Positions 19,665 to 29,362 of a stretch of DNA of 64,000 nucleotides are shown here, piece by piece. The translations under genes were made by a program, and so were the position numbers. Source of the DNA: Planctomycetota bacterium (lineage in GTDB: Bacteria > Planctomycetota > PLA2 > JAEUHO01); the NCBI GenBank assembly GCA_050248855.1, contig JBFWRP010000017.1, forward strand, positions 26,025 to 90,024, written 5' to 3'. Every line of letters starts with the position of its first letter. Position 1 is the stretch's first letter. Below the pieces are notes generated by a model. The model ran no database searches. It worked only from the letters and a program-made list of their open reading frames with translations, and was not told the DNA's origin.

Positions 19665-21074
19665 TCAGCGATTGGCCGAGAGCCAATGCAGCCACCCTTC
19701 CGCCTGCATCCGCCCCTGCTCGTCGGTGGGACGGGCAAGCTGCAGGAAGCGCGTCAGGTGGCCGCGTGCACGCGCGGTGTCCCGCAGGCCCTGCGGCGTG
19801 GCCGGGTCCGCGAGCAGCATGCCGAGCGCCAAGTGCGCCTCGGCCAGGTTGTCGTCGAGGCGCAGCGCATGTTCGTAGCCGCGCCGCTCCGATGCGATGT
19901 CGCCACCCAGGCGCCGCCGCATCATGGCGTAGTTGTAGGCGGCTTCCGCGTCCCAGGGCGCCAGCCGGTTCGCCTCGCGGAACGAAGCCATCGCGGCTTC
20001 GGCCTGCCCGCGCGCCGCCAGCAGCACTCCCAGGTTGTAGTGCGCACGGTGGAAGCGCGGGGCGTCGCGCAGGAGATCGCGGAAGGCGCTCTCGGCGATG
20101 TCCAGCTCGCCGCGGTGCACGTGGACGATGCCGACATTGTTGCGGGCCACGAGCAACGCGCCGTCGAGCATGAGCGCTTCGCCGAGGTGCAGCAGCGCCT
20201 CGCGGTCCAGCCCCAGCTGGTCCTCGACGACGGCCAGGTTGTTGAGCAGCGCGACGTCGCGCGGCAGGTAGGCCAGCGCCTGCAGGTAGAGATCCCGCGC
20301 CGCCTCGAGCTCGCCGTTCCTCGCGTGGCGGCCGGCCCGCACCACGAGCGGGCGGGCCTTGGCCTCGGCCGTGGCCCCGGGCACCGCCGCTTCCGCCTCC
20401 GCAGCGGCCAGGTGCGCGTCCTCGTCGGCCACGGCCTCGCGCAAGAGCGCGAGGTTCATCCGGGCACCCTCGAAGCCCGGGTCGAAGCCGACCGCTTCGC
20501 GGAACGCATTGGCGGCCGCACGCAGCTTGCCCCGGCGCCACGCCACCGCGCCGAGGTTGCTGCGTGCCCGCGCGTGCCGCGGGTCGTTGGACAGCGCCTG
20601 GCGGTACTCACCGACGGCCTCGACCGTACGACCCATGCGCTCGAGCGCCGCGCCGCGGTTGTTGCGCGCGTCCGCGTAGCCGGGGTCCATGCGCAGGGCG
20701 TCTTCGAAGCGCGCCAAGGCTTCTTCGACTCGACCGAGCTTGAGCAGCATCGCCCCGGAGTTGTTCGCCGCCACGGCGCTGCCGGGGTCCAGGGCCAGCG
20801 ACCGGTCGTAGGCATCGAGCGCCTCCGACGTACGCGTCGCCTGGGACAGCACGTAGCCGCGCACGCGCCAGGCGAGCGCATCGCCCGGGGCACCGTCGAC
20901 GACTTCCTGGCTGAGCGCGAGGGCGCGGTCGTGCTCACCGCGGCCCGCGGCTCGGCAGGCTTCGGCGGCAAGATCGCGGCGCATCTCGGCGGTCGCGAGT
21001 CGGGGTACGGCAAGCGCCGCGAGGAGGACGGCCAGCGCCACCCCGCGACGCGCGGGCAGGGGGGGCGCGCGCAT
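19665..21074 (-). CDS. Exported tetratricopeptide repeat protein
   Basis: Signal peptide; ~10 TPR units (ARNNRGAAL, ARSNLGAV, LLNNLAVV, AHYNLGVLL). Confidence 0.9.
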   Translation of the reverse strand: MRAPPLPARRGVALAVLLAALAVPRLATAEMRRDLAAEACRAAGRGEHDRALALSQEVVDGAPGDALAWRVRGYVLSQATRTSEALDAYDRSLALDPGSAVAANNSGAMLLKLGRVEEALARFEDALRMDPGYADARNNRGAALERMGRTVEAVGEYRQALSNDPRHARARSNLGAVAWRRGKLRAAANAFREAVGFDPGFEGARMNLALLREAVADEDAHLAAAEAEAAVPGATAEAKARPLVVRAGRHARNGELEAARDLYLQALAYLPRDVALLNNLAVVEDQLGLDREALLHLGEALMLDGALLVARNNVGIVHVHRGELDIAESAFRDLLRDAPRFHRAHYNLGVLLAARGQAEAAMASFREANRLAPWDAEAAYNYAMMRRRLGGDIASERRGYEHALRLDDNLAEAHLALGMLLADPATPQGLRDTARARGHLTRFLQLARPTDEQGRMQAEGWLHWLSANR

Positions 21075-21148
21075 CGACCCAAGGGTGCCCCGGGATCGAG
21101 GGAGCGGGAAGGATCCCTTCCCGAGCCAGGCCGGCGGCCCGACCCGGC

Positions 21149-21901
21149 CTACTCGGCCAGCGCCTCGACGACCTGCTCTAGGCGCGCGCGGGCGGCGTCG
21201 ACGACGCGCTCGATCGCGCCGCCGCCCCCAGGAGCCGGCCACGTGACCTCGAGGGCCTCCGCCGTGCCCGCATGCCGCGCGAAGAAGGCCTGCGTCAGGC
21301 GCGCGTGCTCGCGGCGCCTGGCCTCCTCGGGGACGCCCGTGCCCAGATCCTCGATGTCGGCGCGCCAAGCGGCAAGCGCAAGATGCGCCGCCTGGATGCC
21401 CAGCTGGACCCGCCGATCGCCGCCGCAGGCCGCACAGGCCCCGCCCCCGCCGCAGAGGCGGCAGCTCGTCTCGGGTTCGCCCTCGGCGCCGGGCTCGATG
21501 CCGCGCCCCCCACACCAGCCGCAGCGTCCGCGGCCGAGGCTGGCGAGGTACGCGTGGCCGCTCTCCTTGCTGACACCCAGCTTGTCGGCCACACGCTGGC
21601 TGGCGACGTCGTCGCCCAGCGCCCGGATGCGCTCGTGGACGTGCTCTGCTTCGAGCGTGCCCAGGTCGTGCCGGCAGAGCGGGCAGGCGTCGTTGTCGGC
21701 AATGACCCAGTCGAAGGAGGTGGAACAAGCCGCGCAGCGCGAGCTGTACGGGGCCACCTCGCTGCGGCAGGCGGGGCAGTGGGGCTTCGCACGGCTCCAC
21801 ACGACGTTGGGACGGTCGATCGCCAACAGCGAGATGGCGATCAGCACGGCCACGACGGCCAGCGTCACCACCCACCAGCGAGACTCCGGTCGGATGCCCA
21901 T
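21149..21901 (-). CDS. Membrane-anchored Cys-rich (zinc-ribbon) protein
   Basis: TM helix then CPAC, CAAC, CPLC and CGWCGG, CRLCGG, CAACGG motifs. Confidence 0.65.
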   Translation of the reverse strand: MGIRPESRWWVVTLAVVAVLIAISLLAIDRPNVVWSRAKPHCPACRSEVAPYSSRCAACSTSFDWVIADNDACPLCRHDLGTLEAEHVHERIRALGDDVASQRVADKLGVSKESGHAYLASLGRGRCGWCGGRGIEPGAEGEPETSCRLCGGGGACAACGGDRRVQLGIQAAHLALAAWRADIEDLGTGVPEEARRREHARLTQAFFARHAGTAEALEVTWPAPGGGGAIERVVDAARARLEQVVEALAE

Positions 21902-21937
21902 GCGCCTCCCCTGCGCCAAAGACGCAGCGCGGACAAC

Positions 21938-23542
21938 CTACCCGCGCCGCGCGAGGGGGCGGACTCCGGTCGGGGCCCCATGGGCGCCCCCGCCAGGCGT
22001 CTCGATGCGCACGACGTCACCGGGCTCCAGCCGCACGACACCGCGGGCGGGAAGCCTCCTGCGGCGACCCCCGCGCACCACGACGATGCGACCCGGGGCG
22101 CCGGGCGCGCCGCCCGCGACGCCCGGAGGAGGCGTGACGTGCCGTGTCATCAGGAACGAGGCGCGTGCGGGCACGAGGAGCTCGATCTCGCGCACCAGGC
22201 CGGCGCCTCCCGCGGCGAGGCCGCGCGCACGGGCTCCGCGCCGCGTCCCGTGGCGGCGGACGCGCACGGGCCAGCGCCGCTCCAGAGTCTCCGCGGGTGT
22301 GGCCAGCGTGTTGGTCATGTGCTGCTGGATCGCATCGGGCCCCGCGCCCCGCGGCCCGCCCCCGGCGCCGCCGGGCAGCGTCTCGTAGTAGACGGGGAAC
22401 GTCGGTCCATCGGGCACGGGCCCGAACGTCCAGTTCGACATGCTGCCCGAGCCCGGCGCGGGGATGCGACCTGGCCAGCACGCTGCCGCGGCGAGCCACA
22501 GCGCGTCCACGATGCGCTGGCTCGTCTCGACGTTGCCGCCGGCCACGGGCTGCGGAGACGGCGCGTCGAGCAGCGAGCCGGCGGGCACCGCCAGCCGCAC
22601 CGCCTGCAGCAGCCCACCGTTGGGCGGCGTGTGGGGCGGTGCCAAGCAGGCGAGCAGGTAGTAGACGGCGCTCTCCGTGACGGCACGCGGCGCGTTGAGA
22701 CCGTCGCCCACGGGTCCCGTCGTGCCCGCGAAGTCCACCGCCAAGCGCCCACCGCGCTTCGTCATGGCCAGCCGGATCCTGGCCGGCCGTCCTCGCCGGT
22801 CGTCCGCGTCCAACCCGACCTCGACGGTCGTCGAGGCATCGGGCAAGGCACGGAGCGCCTGCTCGACCATGCGCCGCGCGTACGCGACGAGATCGGCGCC
22901 TTCGCGCAAGAGCGCCCCGGCACCGCCGCGCGAGGCCGCCATCTCGTGGAGCCGCGCCTCGCCGCGCGCGAGGCTGCCCGCCTGGGCCCGCAGGTCCGCT
23001 TCGCGTTCGTCGGCGTGGCGCACGTTGGCGAAGAACAGCGTGGCGAACACGGGATCCAGCTCGTCGCCCCGCACGGCAACCAACGGGGGGATGCGCACGC
23101 CCTCGGCGTGAACGTCGTCCTGCGGCGCCATGGAGCCCGGTACCGCGCCCCCGACATCGGCGTGGTGCGCGCGCACGGCGAGGAAGCCACAAGGCCGCTT
23201 CCGTCCCCGCTCGAAGACGCCGCGCACGAGCGTGAGGTCGGGCAGGTGCGAGCCGCCCGTGTAGGGGTCGTTGACGATCGCCGCCTCGCCGGGGGCCAGG
23301 TCGAGCCGGGCCCGCACGGCATCGACGCTGCGTGGCATGGCCCCGAGGTGGACGGGAATGTGGGCGGCGTGCGCCAGGAGCCGCCCCTCGGCGTCGAAGA
23401 GCGCCGCGCTCAGGTCGCGACGTTCCTTGATGTTGGGCGAGACGGCGGTGCGCCGGCACGTGATGGCGACTTCCTCCGTGACGCTCTCGAGCAGGTCGCG
23501 CAGCACGGCGAGCCGCACGGGGTCGAAGCGGTCGCGGCTCAT
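21938..23542 (-). CDS. Hydantoinase B / 5-oxoprolinase subunit
   Basis: SPNIKERRDLSAA, HIPVHLG, NDPYTGGSHLPD, HHADVGG, GNVETSQR, HMTNT, ETPGGG. Confidence 0.92.
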   Translation of the reverse strand: MSRDRFDPVRLAVLRDLLESVTEEVAITCRRTAVSPNIKERRDLSAALFDAEGRLLAHAAHIPVHLGAMPRSVDAVRARLDLAPGEAAIVNDPYTGGSHLPDLTLVRGVFERGRKRPCGFLAVRAHHADVGGAVPGSMAPQDDVHAEGVRIPPLVAVRGDELDPVFATLFFANVRHADEREADLRAQAGSLARGEARLHEMAASRGGAGALLREGADLVAYARRMVEQALRALPDASTTVEVGLDADDRRGRPARIRLAMTKRGGRLAVDFAGTTGPVGDGLNAPRAVTESAVYYLLACLAPPHTPPNGGLLQAVRLAVPAGSLLDAPSPQPVAGGNVETSQRIVDALWLAAAACWPGRIPAPGSGSMSNWTFGPVPDGPTFPVYYETLPGGAGGGPRGAGPDAIQQHMTNTLATPAETLERRWPVRVRRHGTRRGARARGLAAGGAGLVREIELLVPARASFLMTRHVTPPPGVAGGAPGAPGRIVVVRGGRRRRLPARGVVRLEPGDVVRIETPGGGAHGAPTGVRPLARRG

Positions 23543-25506
23543 CGCGTGCTCCCCCTCGCCCGCGCGAGGTCGAGGTGCAGCACGCCGCGCGCGTCGACGC
23601 GTGCTTGGCAACCTGCGGGGACCCACGTGGTGGCGGTGGCCTCCTCGATGCGCGCGGGTCCGACGACGCGCGCGCCGGGCCGCAAGTCGTCGCGCACGAA
23701 CACCTCGACGCCGACCGCGTCGTGCGGGCCGCGCACGCGGCGCGCACGGGGCTCCGCCAAGGCGCGGGTTCGCCGGCGCCGTTCCCCGGCCATCGCCCGT
23801 GCCCGCAGCCGAAGGACTTCGAGGGGACGGTCGGAGAGGTCGAAACCGAACTCGGCGCGATGGCGGGCCCGGGCGCGTGCTTCGACACCCGGCCCGAAGC
23901 GCACGACGACGCCGTGCTCCTGACCCACGTGGCGCACCTCGGCGTCGACGACGACGCGGACGGGGCCACCGACACGCCCAAGTCGCCTGCGCGCCCGCTC
24001 CCCCAACGCCTTCGCGCGAGCCGCCAAGCGCGTCGCCGAGCGCACGCCGGCCACGTCATCCTCGACGTCCGCGACCCGCGGGGCCAGGAGCGTCCCGGCT
24101 GCGGCGAACGTGCCCGGCGCCGGCGGCACGACGACATGACGCAGCCCCAAGGCCCGCGCCGCCTCGGCGCCCAGCACGGGCCCTGCCCCGCCGAAGGCCA
24201 CCAGCGCGGCGTCTCGCGGGTCACGCCCCTCGCGGGCCGACACGGCGCGCAGGGCCCGCGCCGTGGCGCCCGCCGCCACGCACACGGCGCCGCGACAGAG
24301 CGCCTCCAGCGACAGACCGGCCCGGCGGGCCACTTTATGGGCGGCCTCGAGCGCCGCGTCACGGTCGAGCGCGACGTCCCCGCCAGCGAGCGAAGCCGGC
24401 ACGTGACCCGACAGCAGCCAGGCGTCCGTCAGGGTGAACGGCCCGCCGCGACCGTAGGCGGCCGGCCCGGGAGCCGCTCCCGCGCTGTCGGGGCCCACGG
24501 CGAGGGCGCCGCCCGGGTCGAGGTCCACGAGGCTCCCGCCGCCTGCCCCGACCGTGCGGATGCCGAGCGACGCGACGCCGGCGCGCCACGGGCCGACGTG
24601 CAGGCCGTCACCGGCGGCGGGCACGCCGTCCTCGATCCACACGACGTCCGTGCTGGTGCCCCCGACGTCGAAGCCGATGGCGTGCGGCAGGCCCAGGTCG
24701 CGCGCGAGGGCCGCCGCCGCAACGGCACCCGCTGCGGGGCCGGACACGAGCGTGCGCACCGGCTCTCGGCGCACGTCGGCCACATCCATGCGCCCTCCGT
24801 CGCTCCTCAGGATCGTGAGCCCACGAACGAGGGGACCCAGGGCCTCCAGCCGATCCACGTAGGTGCCAAGCAGCGGCGCGACGAAGGCGTCGAGGATCGC
24901 GGTGATCGAACGTTCGACCTCGCGCGGCTCGGCGGAGAGCCGCGCCCCGGACGACACGGGGACGCCGAGTGCACGCAAGGCCCGGGCGACGGCGGCTTCG
25001 TGCCGCGGCTCCCGCGTGGCGTGGAGCAGCGTCACGGCGATGGCCTCCGGGCGGGCGCGGGCCACGCGGGCCACGAGGGCTTCGAGCGCCTCCGGCGTGA
25101 TCGCCTCGAGCTCGCTGCCATCGGCCGCCAAGCGGCCCGGAGCCTCGAACACGTGGCGGGCTGCCACCAGCGGCCGCTCCCGGCCGGGCTGCAGCTGGAA
25201 CAGCTCGGCCCGCTCGCCGCGGCCCAGCAGCGGAGCCTCGGCGTGGCCCGCCGTGCCCACGAAGGCGACGCGCGCGCCCCGGCGCGTCAGCACGGCATTG
25301 GTACCCACGGTGGTCCCGTGGCGGACGTCGGCGGTCCGTCCCGCGGGCACGCCAGCCCGAGCCAGCGCCTCGCCAAACGCCTTGGCGGGGTCCTCCGGCG
25401 TGCTCGGCACCTTGGCATGGAGGCATCGCCCGCCCACCTCCACGACCAGATCGGTGAAGGTTCCCCCCGTGTCGATGCCGATACGGAGGGGGGCACGCGC
25501 TGCCAT
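23539..25506 (-). CDS. Hydantoinase A / 5-oxoprolinase subunit
   Basis: GIDTGGTFTD, HGTTVGTN, SGPAAG, DVGGTSTD, GAGGGS, FGGAG; ATGA overlap with B subunit. Confidence 0.92.
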   Translation of the reverse strand: MAARAPLRIGIDTGGTFTDLVVEVGGRCLHAKVPSTPEDPAKAFGEALARAGVPAGRTADVRHGTTVGTNAVLTRRGARVAFVGTAGHAEAPLLGRGERAELFQLQPGRERPLVAARHVFEAPGRLAADGSELEAITPEALEALVARVARARPEAIAVTLLHATREPRHEAAVARALRALGVPVSSGARLSAEPREVERSITAILDAFVAPLLGTYVDRLEALGPLVRGLTILRSDGGRMDVADVRREPVRTLVSGPAAGAVAAAALARDLGLPHAIGFDVGGTSTDVVWIEDGVPAAGDGLHVGPWRAGVASLGIRTVGAGGGSLVDLDPGGALAVGPDSAGAAPGPAAYGRGGPFTLTDAWLLSGHVPASLAGGDVALDRDAALEAAHKVARRAGLSLEALCRGAVCVAAGATARALRAVSAREGRDPRDAALVAFGGAGPVLGAEAARALGLRHVVVPPAPGTFAAAGTLLAPRVADVEDDVAGVRSATRLAARAKALGERARRRLGRVGGPVRVVVDAEVRHVGQEHGVVVRFGPGVEARARARHRAEFGFDLSDRPLEVLRLRARAMAGERRRRTRALAEPRARRVRGPHDAVGVEVFVRDDLRPGARVVGPARIEEATATTWVPAGCQARVDARGVLHLDLARARGSTR

Positions 25507-25664
25507 CGCGTCATTCCACCCGGGCCTGACCCGTGAGGCCATGACCCGCCGGGAGCGTGTGCCGCCCCGTCCGTACGCCTGCCGTTTGCACCGGCATCGC
25601 TTCCCGGAACCGCCAACCGTTCGCGGCGGCGGTATCCTGCCGGGTCGCATCCGCGGAGTCCCCC

Positions 25665-26345
25665 ATGGACATGGGTACGCCCCTGGCCGAGATCGTCCTG
25701 ATGCTGGCGGCCTACTTGGTCGGCGGCATCCCGTTCGGTTGGCTGGTCGCGCGCTTGGCCAAGGGCGTGGACCTGCGCACGGTGGGCAGCGGCGGGACCG
25801 GCGCCACGAACTGCTCGCGCCTCTGGCAGGGCAAGGCCTCGGTCGGGATCTTCCTGTTCGTGTTCGCGCTCGACTTTGCCAAGGGCCTGTTCGGTGGCCT
25901 GTTCTCGGTCGCCGCCGCGGACACGATCGGCTCGAGCCTGGGCAGCGCGTCCTCGGGTCTCACGCTGCAGGTCCTCTGCGGCCTCTCGGCCGTCTTGGGC
26001 CACATCTTCACGCCCTACCTGCGCTTCAAGGGCGGCAAGGGCGTGGCCACCACCTTCGGCGTCGTCACGGCGCTCGCCCCGCTGTCCTCGCTGTGGGGTC
26101 TCGGGGCCTGGGGCATCCTGGTCGCCATCACGCGCTACATGAGCCTCGGCTCGATTGCCGCCGTCGTGGTGATCCCGCTCACCTACATCCTCGACAACGG
26201 CTCGCAGGTGTTCCGCTCGCGCCTGGGCGTCCTGCTCTTCCTGCTCGCCCTCGCCTGCGTCGTCGTGTGGCGCCACCGTGACAACATCCGCCGCATCCTG
26301 ACCGGCCGCGAGCGCAAGGTCGGCGCCACCGATCAACAGCTGTAG
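25665..26345 (+). CDS. plsY: Glycerol-3-phosphate acyltransferase PlsY
   Basis: YLVGGIPFG, DLRTVGSGGTGATN, LDFAKG, GH...FKGGKGVAT, HRDNIRR. Confidence 0.94.
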   Translation: MDMGTPLAEIVLMLAAYLVGGIPFGWLVARLAKGVDLRTVGSGGTGATNCSRLWQGKASVGIFLFVFALDFAKGLFGGLFSVAAADTIGSSLGSASSGLTLQVLCGLSAVLGHIFTPYLRFKGGKGVATTFGVVTALAPLSSLWGLGAWGILVAITRYMSLGSIAAVVVIPLTYILDNGSQVFRSRLGVLLFLLALACVVVWRHRDNIRRILTGRERKVGATDQQL

Positions 26346-26352
26346 AGCGCGC

Positions 26353-27378
26353 GTGCCGAGGTCGATTTCCGAGGCCACCCCGCTGTCCAAGGTGGCCGTC
26401 GTGGGCAACGGGGGCTGGGGAACCGCGCTCGCCCTCACCCTGGTGCGCAGCGGCGTCGACGTAGGCATGTGGGGCCACGACGCCGACTACGCCGCGTTCA
26501 TGCGCGCGGAGCGCGCAAACCCGCGCTACTTGCCCGGCTTCGAGATCCCGCGCTCGATCACGATCTCCCACGATCTGGCGGACCTGCTCGACGGCGCCGA
26601 GCTGCTCGTTTCGGCCGTGCCCACGAGCTTCCTCCGCGAGGTCTGGGGCGCGCACGCAAGGCTGCTGCCGGCCTCGCTGCCCATCCTCACCGTCTCCAAG
26701 GGTCTGGAGGACGGCACGTTGCTGCGCCCCTCGCAGCTCCTCGGCGAGGTGACCGGTGAGCGCCGCCCCATCGCCGTGCTCTCCGGCCCCAACATCGCAC
26801 GCGAGGTGGCCAAGGCCCTGCCCTCGGCGACCGTCGTGGCCAGCAGGGACCGCGAGCTGGCGTTACGCATCCAGGCCACGTTCCGCGATCCGTCGTTCCG
26901 CGTCTACGTGAACGAGGACATGCCCGGTGTGGAGCTCGGTGGCGTGCTGAAGAACGTGATCGCGCTCGCGGCCGGCATGGCCGACGGGCTCGAGCTGGGC
27001 GACAACGCCAAGGCGGCGCTCGTCACGCGCGGCGTCCTGGAGATGGCCCGCCTGGGCGAGACCTTCGGCGGCCAGCGCAACACGTTCTTCGGCCTGAGCG
27101 GGCTGGGCGACCTGTTCACCACGTGTACGTCGCCGAACAGCCGCAACCGAACCTTCGGCATCCGCATCGGCCGGGGCGAGCGCGTCGAGGACATCGCCGG
27201 CAGCATGCACCAGGTGGCCGAGGGCGTGAAGAGCGCGAAGCCCGTCCACGAGCTCAGCCTCCGCCACCACCTCACGCTCCCCATCTCCACCGAGGTCTAC
27301 CGCGTGGTCCACGAGGGCCGCTCCCCCGTCGACAGCGTCCGCGCCCTCATGGAGCGCGCCCAGCGCGACGAGGGATAG
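26353..27378 (+). CDS. gpsA: NAD(P)H-dependent glycerol-3-phosphate dehydrogenase
   Basis: GNGGWGTALA, LSGPN, GGVLKNVIA, GLSGLGDL, SRNR, VAEGV. Confidence 0.95.
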   Translation: MPRSISEATPLSKVAVVGNGGWGTALALTLVRSGVDVGMWGHDADYAAFMRAERANPRYLPGFEIPRSITISHDLADLLDGAELLVSAVPTSFLREVWGAHARLLPASLPILTVSKGLEDGTLLRPSQLLGEVTGERRPIAVLSGPNIAREVAKALPSATVVASRDRELALRIQATFRDPSFRVYVNEDMPGVELGGVLKNVIALAAGMADGLELGDNAKAALVTRGVLEMARLGETFGGQRNTFFGLSGLGDLFTTCTSPNSRNRTFGIRIGRGERVEDIAGSMHQVAEGVKSAKPVHELSLRHHLTLPISTEVYRVVHEGRSPVDSVRALMERAQRDEG

Positions 27379-27387
27379 CGCGCCGCG

Positions 27388-29343
27388 CTACTCCACGCGC
27401 ACGACGGACGATGCGGGCAGCTCGAACGGGATGCGCCTCTCCCCCACGCGCAGCTCGTAGGGACCGGAGGGCAACCCCTCGAGTCGAGCGCGACCGTCGG
27501 CGTCGGCCGCGAAACCCATCCGGAAGGTGGGCTGCTCGCCCAGACGCGTCACCGACGCGCCGGATCGCGGAAGGCCCTCGAAGCCCACGTCGTGGAGCGA
27601 CGGCATGTCGAACGTGAGCGATGTCGAGGGCGATTGCAGCGTGGCCCTCCAGCTCGCCAAGTGGATGCGGCGCCCGTGCGTCGACGTGCGGAGAAGATCG
27701 ATGCGACACGGCCCGGGCTGCATGCGGGCGAACAGCGCATGCCCCGCCTCGTCCAGCCGCTTCGACGGCGGGCCCGCGTAGAGCACATCCGGTGGCTCGG
27801 CGTCGAGAACCAGGAGCAGGTCGCGGCGCAGCTCGGGGGATGGGATCCCGCGGATGACGACGTCGACGTCCAGGGCCCGCTCGAAGCGCACGCGCAGCTC
27901 GGGCGCCGTGCCGGCGGGGTAGCGCATCGTGCGGCGACCGAGTGCGCGGCTGCTGACGGTGAGCGCGACGGTAGCGCCCTCCCTGGCGTCCGCACCGATC
28001 GGGTGCGGTACCAACAGGGCGCCGTCCGGTCGCAGGACCGGCTGCGACTCACTCGCGTTGATCCGCTTGCCATCGTGCTCCACATGGGACGCGATCCCGA
28101 TGCCGTCCTGGAGCGGACCGTCGGGGCCCTCGAGCCATAGGACGGCGTAGCGGTCACGCGCGAGGGGCGGCAGCTCGACCTCGACGCGGTTCTCCCCCTC
28201 CTGGACGTCGATCGCTCGCCACGCGAGGAGGGTCGCAAACGCGCTGTTCCGTCCGTCGAAGATGCCCAGTACGTGCGGTCCCGGCTCGAGCTGGGTGCGC
28301 CGGAAGGTCCACGATGCCTCCCGGCCGTCGAGCGGCTGCGACCATCCGGAGTCCGACCTCCGGAGCTCCTGCTCGCTTGGTGCAACACCGTCAGGGACGC
28401 GCACCAGCTTGTAGCCAGGCGCCGAGTAGCGCTCCGGCCCGGTCACCGAAACGACGCCGTGGAGCACGGTCTGCGGGTGCAGCTCGAGCCGCACGCGGAC
28501 CTCCTCGCCCGGCGTCGCCAAGGAGACGGGAATGGGGTCGGAGATGAGCTGCTCGTCGTCCGTCACGGTTGCCGTGAGCTCGTGCTCACCAAGGGGAAGC
28601 TCGATCGGCCCGCGCCCAGGTCGCCAGGACTGATGTCCCGACAGCTCTCCCCGGTGGCGCACGCCTGCCACGGCCGGCGCGGAGCCGTCGGCACGTACGA
28701 TGCTCACGTCCACGTAGCCGACGGGGCTGGCTTCCATCACGCGTCCGTCGAGCGCGCCCGCAAACGGACCATGCGTGTCCAAGCCATCCCGGATCCGCCA
28801 CCCGTGCTTTCGACCGCTCAGCTCGTAGGGGCGCCGGCGATCCCCGCGAAGCGTGGCGACTCCATCCGCGTCCGTCGTACCGCGGATGGACGCCTCGACG
28901 GCCCAGCGCAGCCGCCGGGAGGCAAGCTCGAGCAGCTCCGGCAAGTCGTGCTGTTCGGGCAAGTCCCACGGCGTGTAGTCAGGTGGCAGGAGCGCCGGCG
29001 GCGCGATGGGGATCGCCCGGACCTCGACGCCCTCCAGCGGCTGACCCTCCTCGGTCACCACCCGAACGCGCAGCTCGTCCGTCCCGGTCGGAACGTCGAG
29101 CTTGGGCAGCTTGGCCAAAGCCTCACGAAGCGCCGATCGACCCACGTCCAGCAGCTCGGTGTCCGGCGAGGTCCCCTCGCTCCGACCCGAGAGCGCCGGG
29201 GCGCGCGCGTGGTCAGTCGCCTCGCGGTCCGGCCCACGCACAGCCAGATCGCTCGACGGGGCCGTCGCCTTGCCCTGGCCCAGCAGGTACCCGCCCGCGA
29301 ACGCGGTTGCGACCACGGCCAAGAGGATGAAGACGCGCGCCAT
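27388..29343 (-). CDS. Membrane-anchored multi-beta-sandwich protein (carboxypeptidase-regulatory-like repeats), paralog 1
   Basis: N-terminal TM; VRVVTEEGQPLEGVEV, TTDADG, GLPSGPYEL; homologous to the next two ORFs. Confidence 0.7.
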   Translation of the reverse strand: MARVFILLAVVATAFAGGYLLGQGKATAPSSDLAVRGPDREATDHARAPALSGRSEGTSPDTELLDVGRSALREALAKLPKLDVPTGTDELRVRVVTEEGQPLEGVEVRAIPIAPPALLPPDYTPWDLPEQHDLPELLELASRRLRWAVEASIRGTTDADGVATLRGDRRRPYELSGRKHGWRIRDGLDTHGPFAGALDGRVMEASPVGYVDVSIVRADGSAPAVAGVRHRGELSGHQSWRPGRGPIELPLGEHELTATVTDDEQLISDPIPVSLATPGEEVRVRLELHPQTVLHGVVSVTGPERYSAPGYKLVRVPDGVAPSEQELRRSDSGWSQPLDGREASWTFRRTQLEPGPHVLGIFDGRNSAFATLLAWRAIDVQEGENRVEVELPPLARDRYAVLWLEGPDGPLQDGIGIASHVEHDGKRINASESQPVLRPDGALLVPHPIGADAREGATVALTVSSRALGRRTMRYPAGTAPELRVRFERALDVDVVIRGIPSPELRRDLLLVLDAEPPDVLYAGPPSKRLDEAGHALFARMQPGPCRIDLLRTSTHGRRIHLASWRATLQSPSTSLTFDMPSLHDVGFEGLPRSGASVTRLGEQPTFRMGFAADADGRARLEGLPSGPYELRVGERRIPFELPASSVVRVE

Positions 29344-29362
29344 CGTGGCCTTCCGCCTGGGA

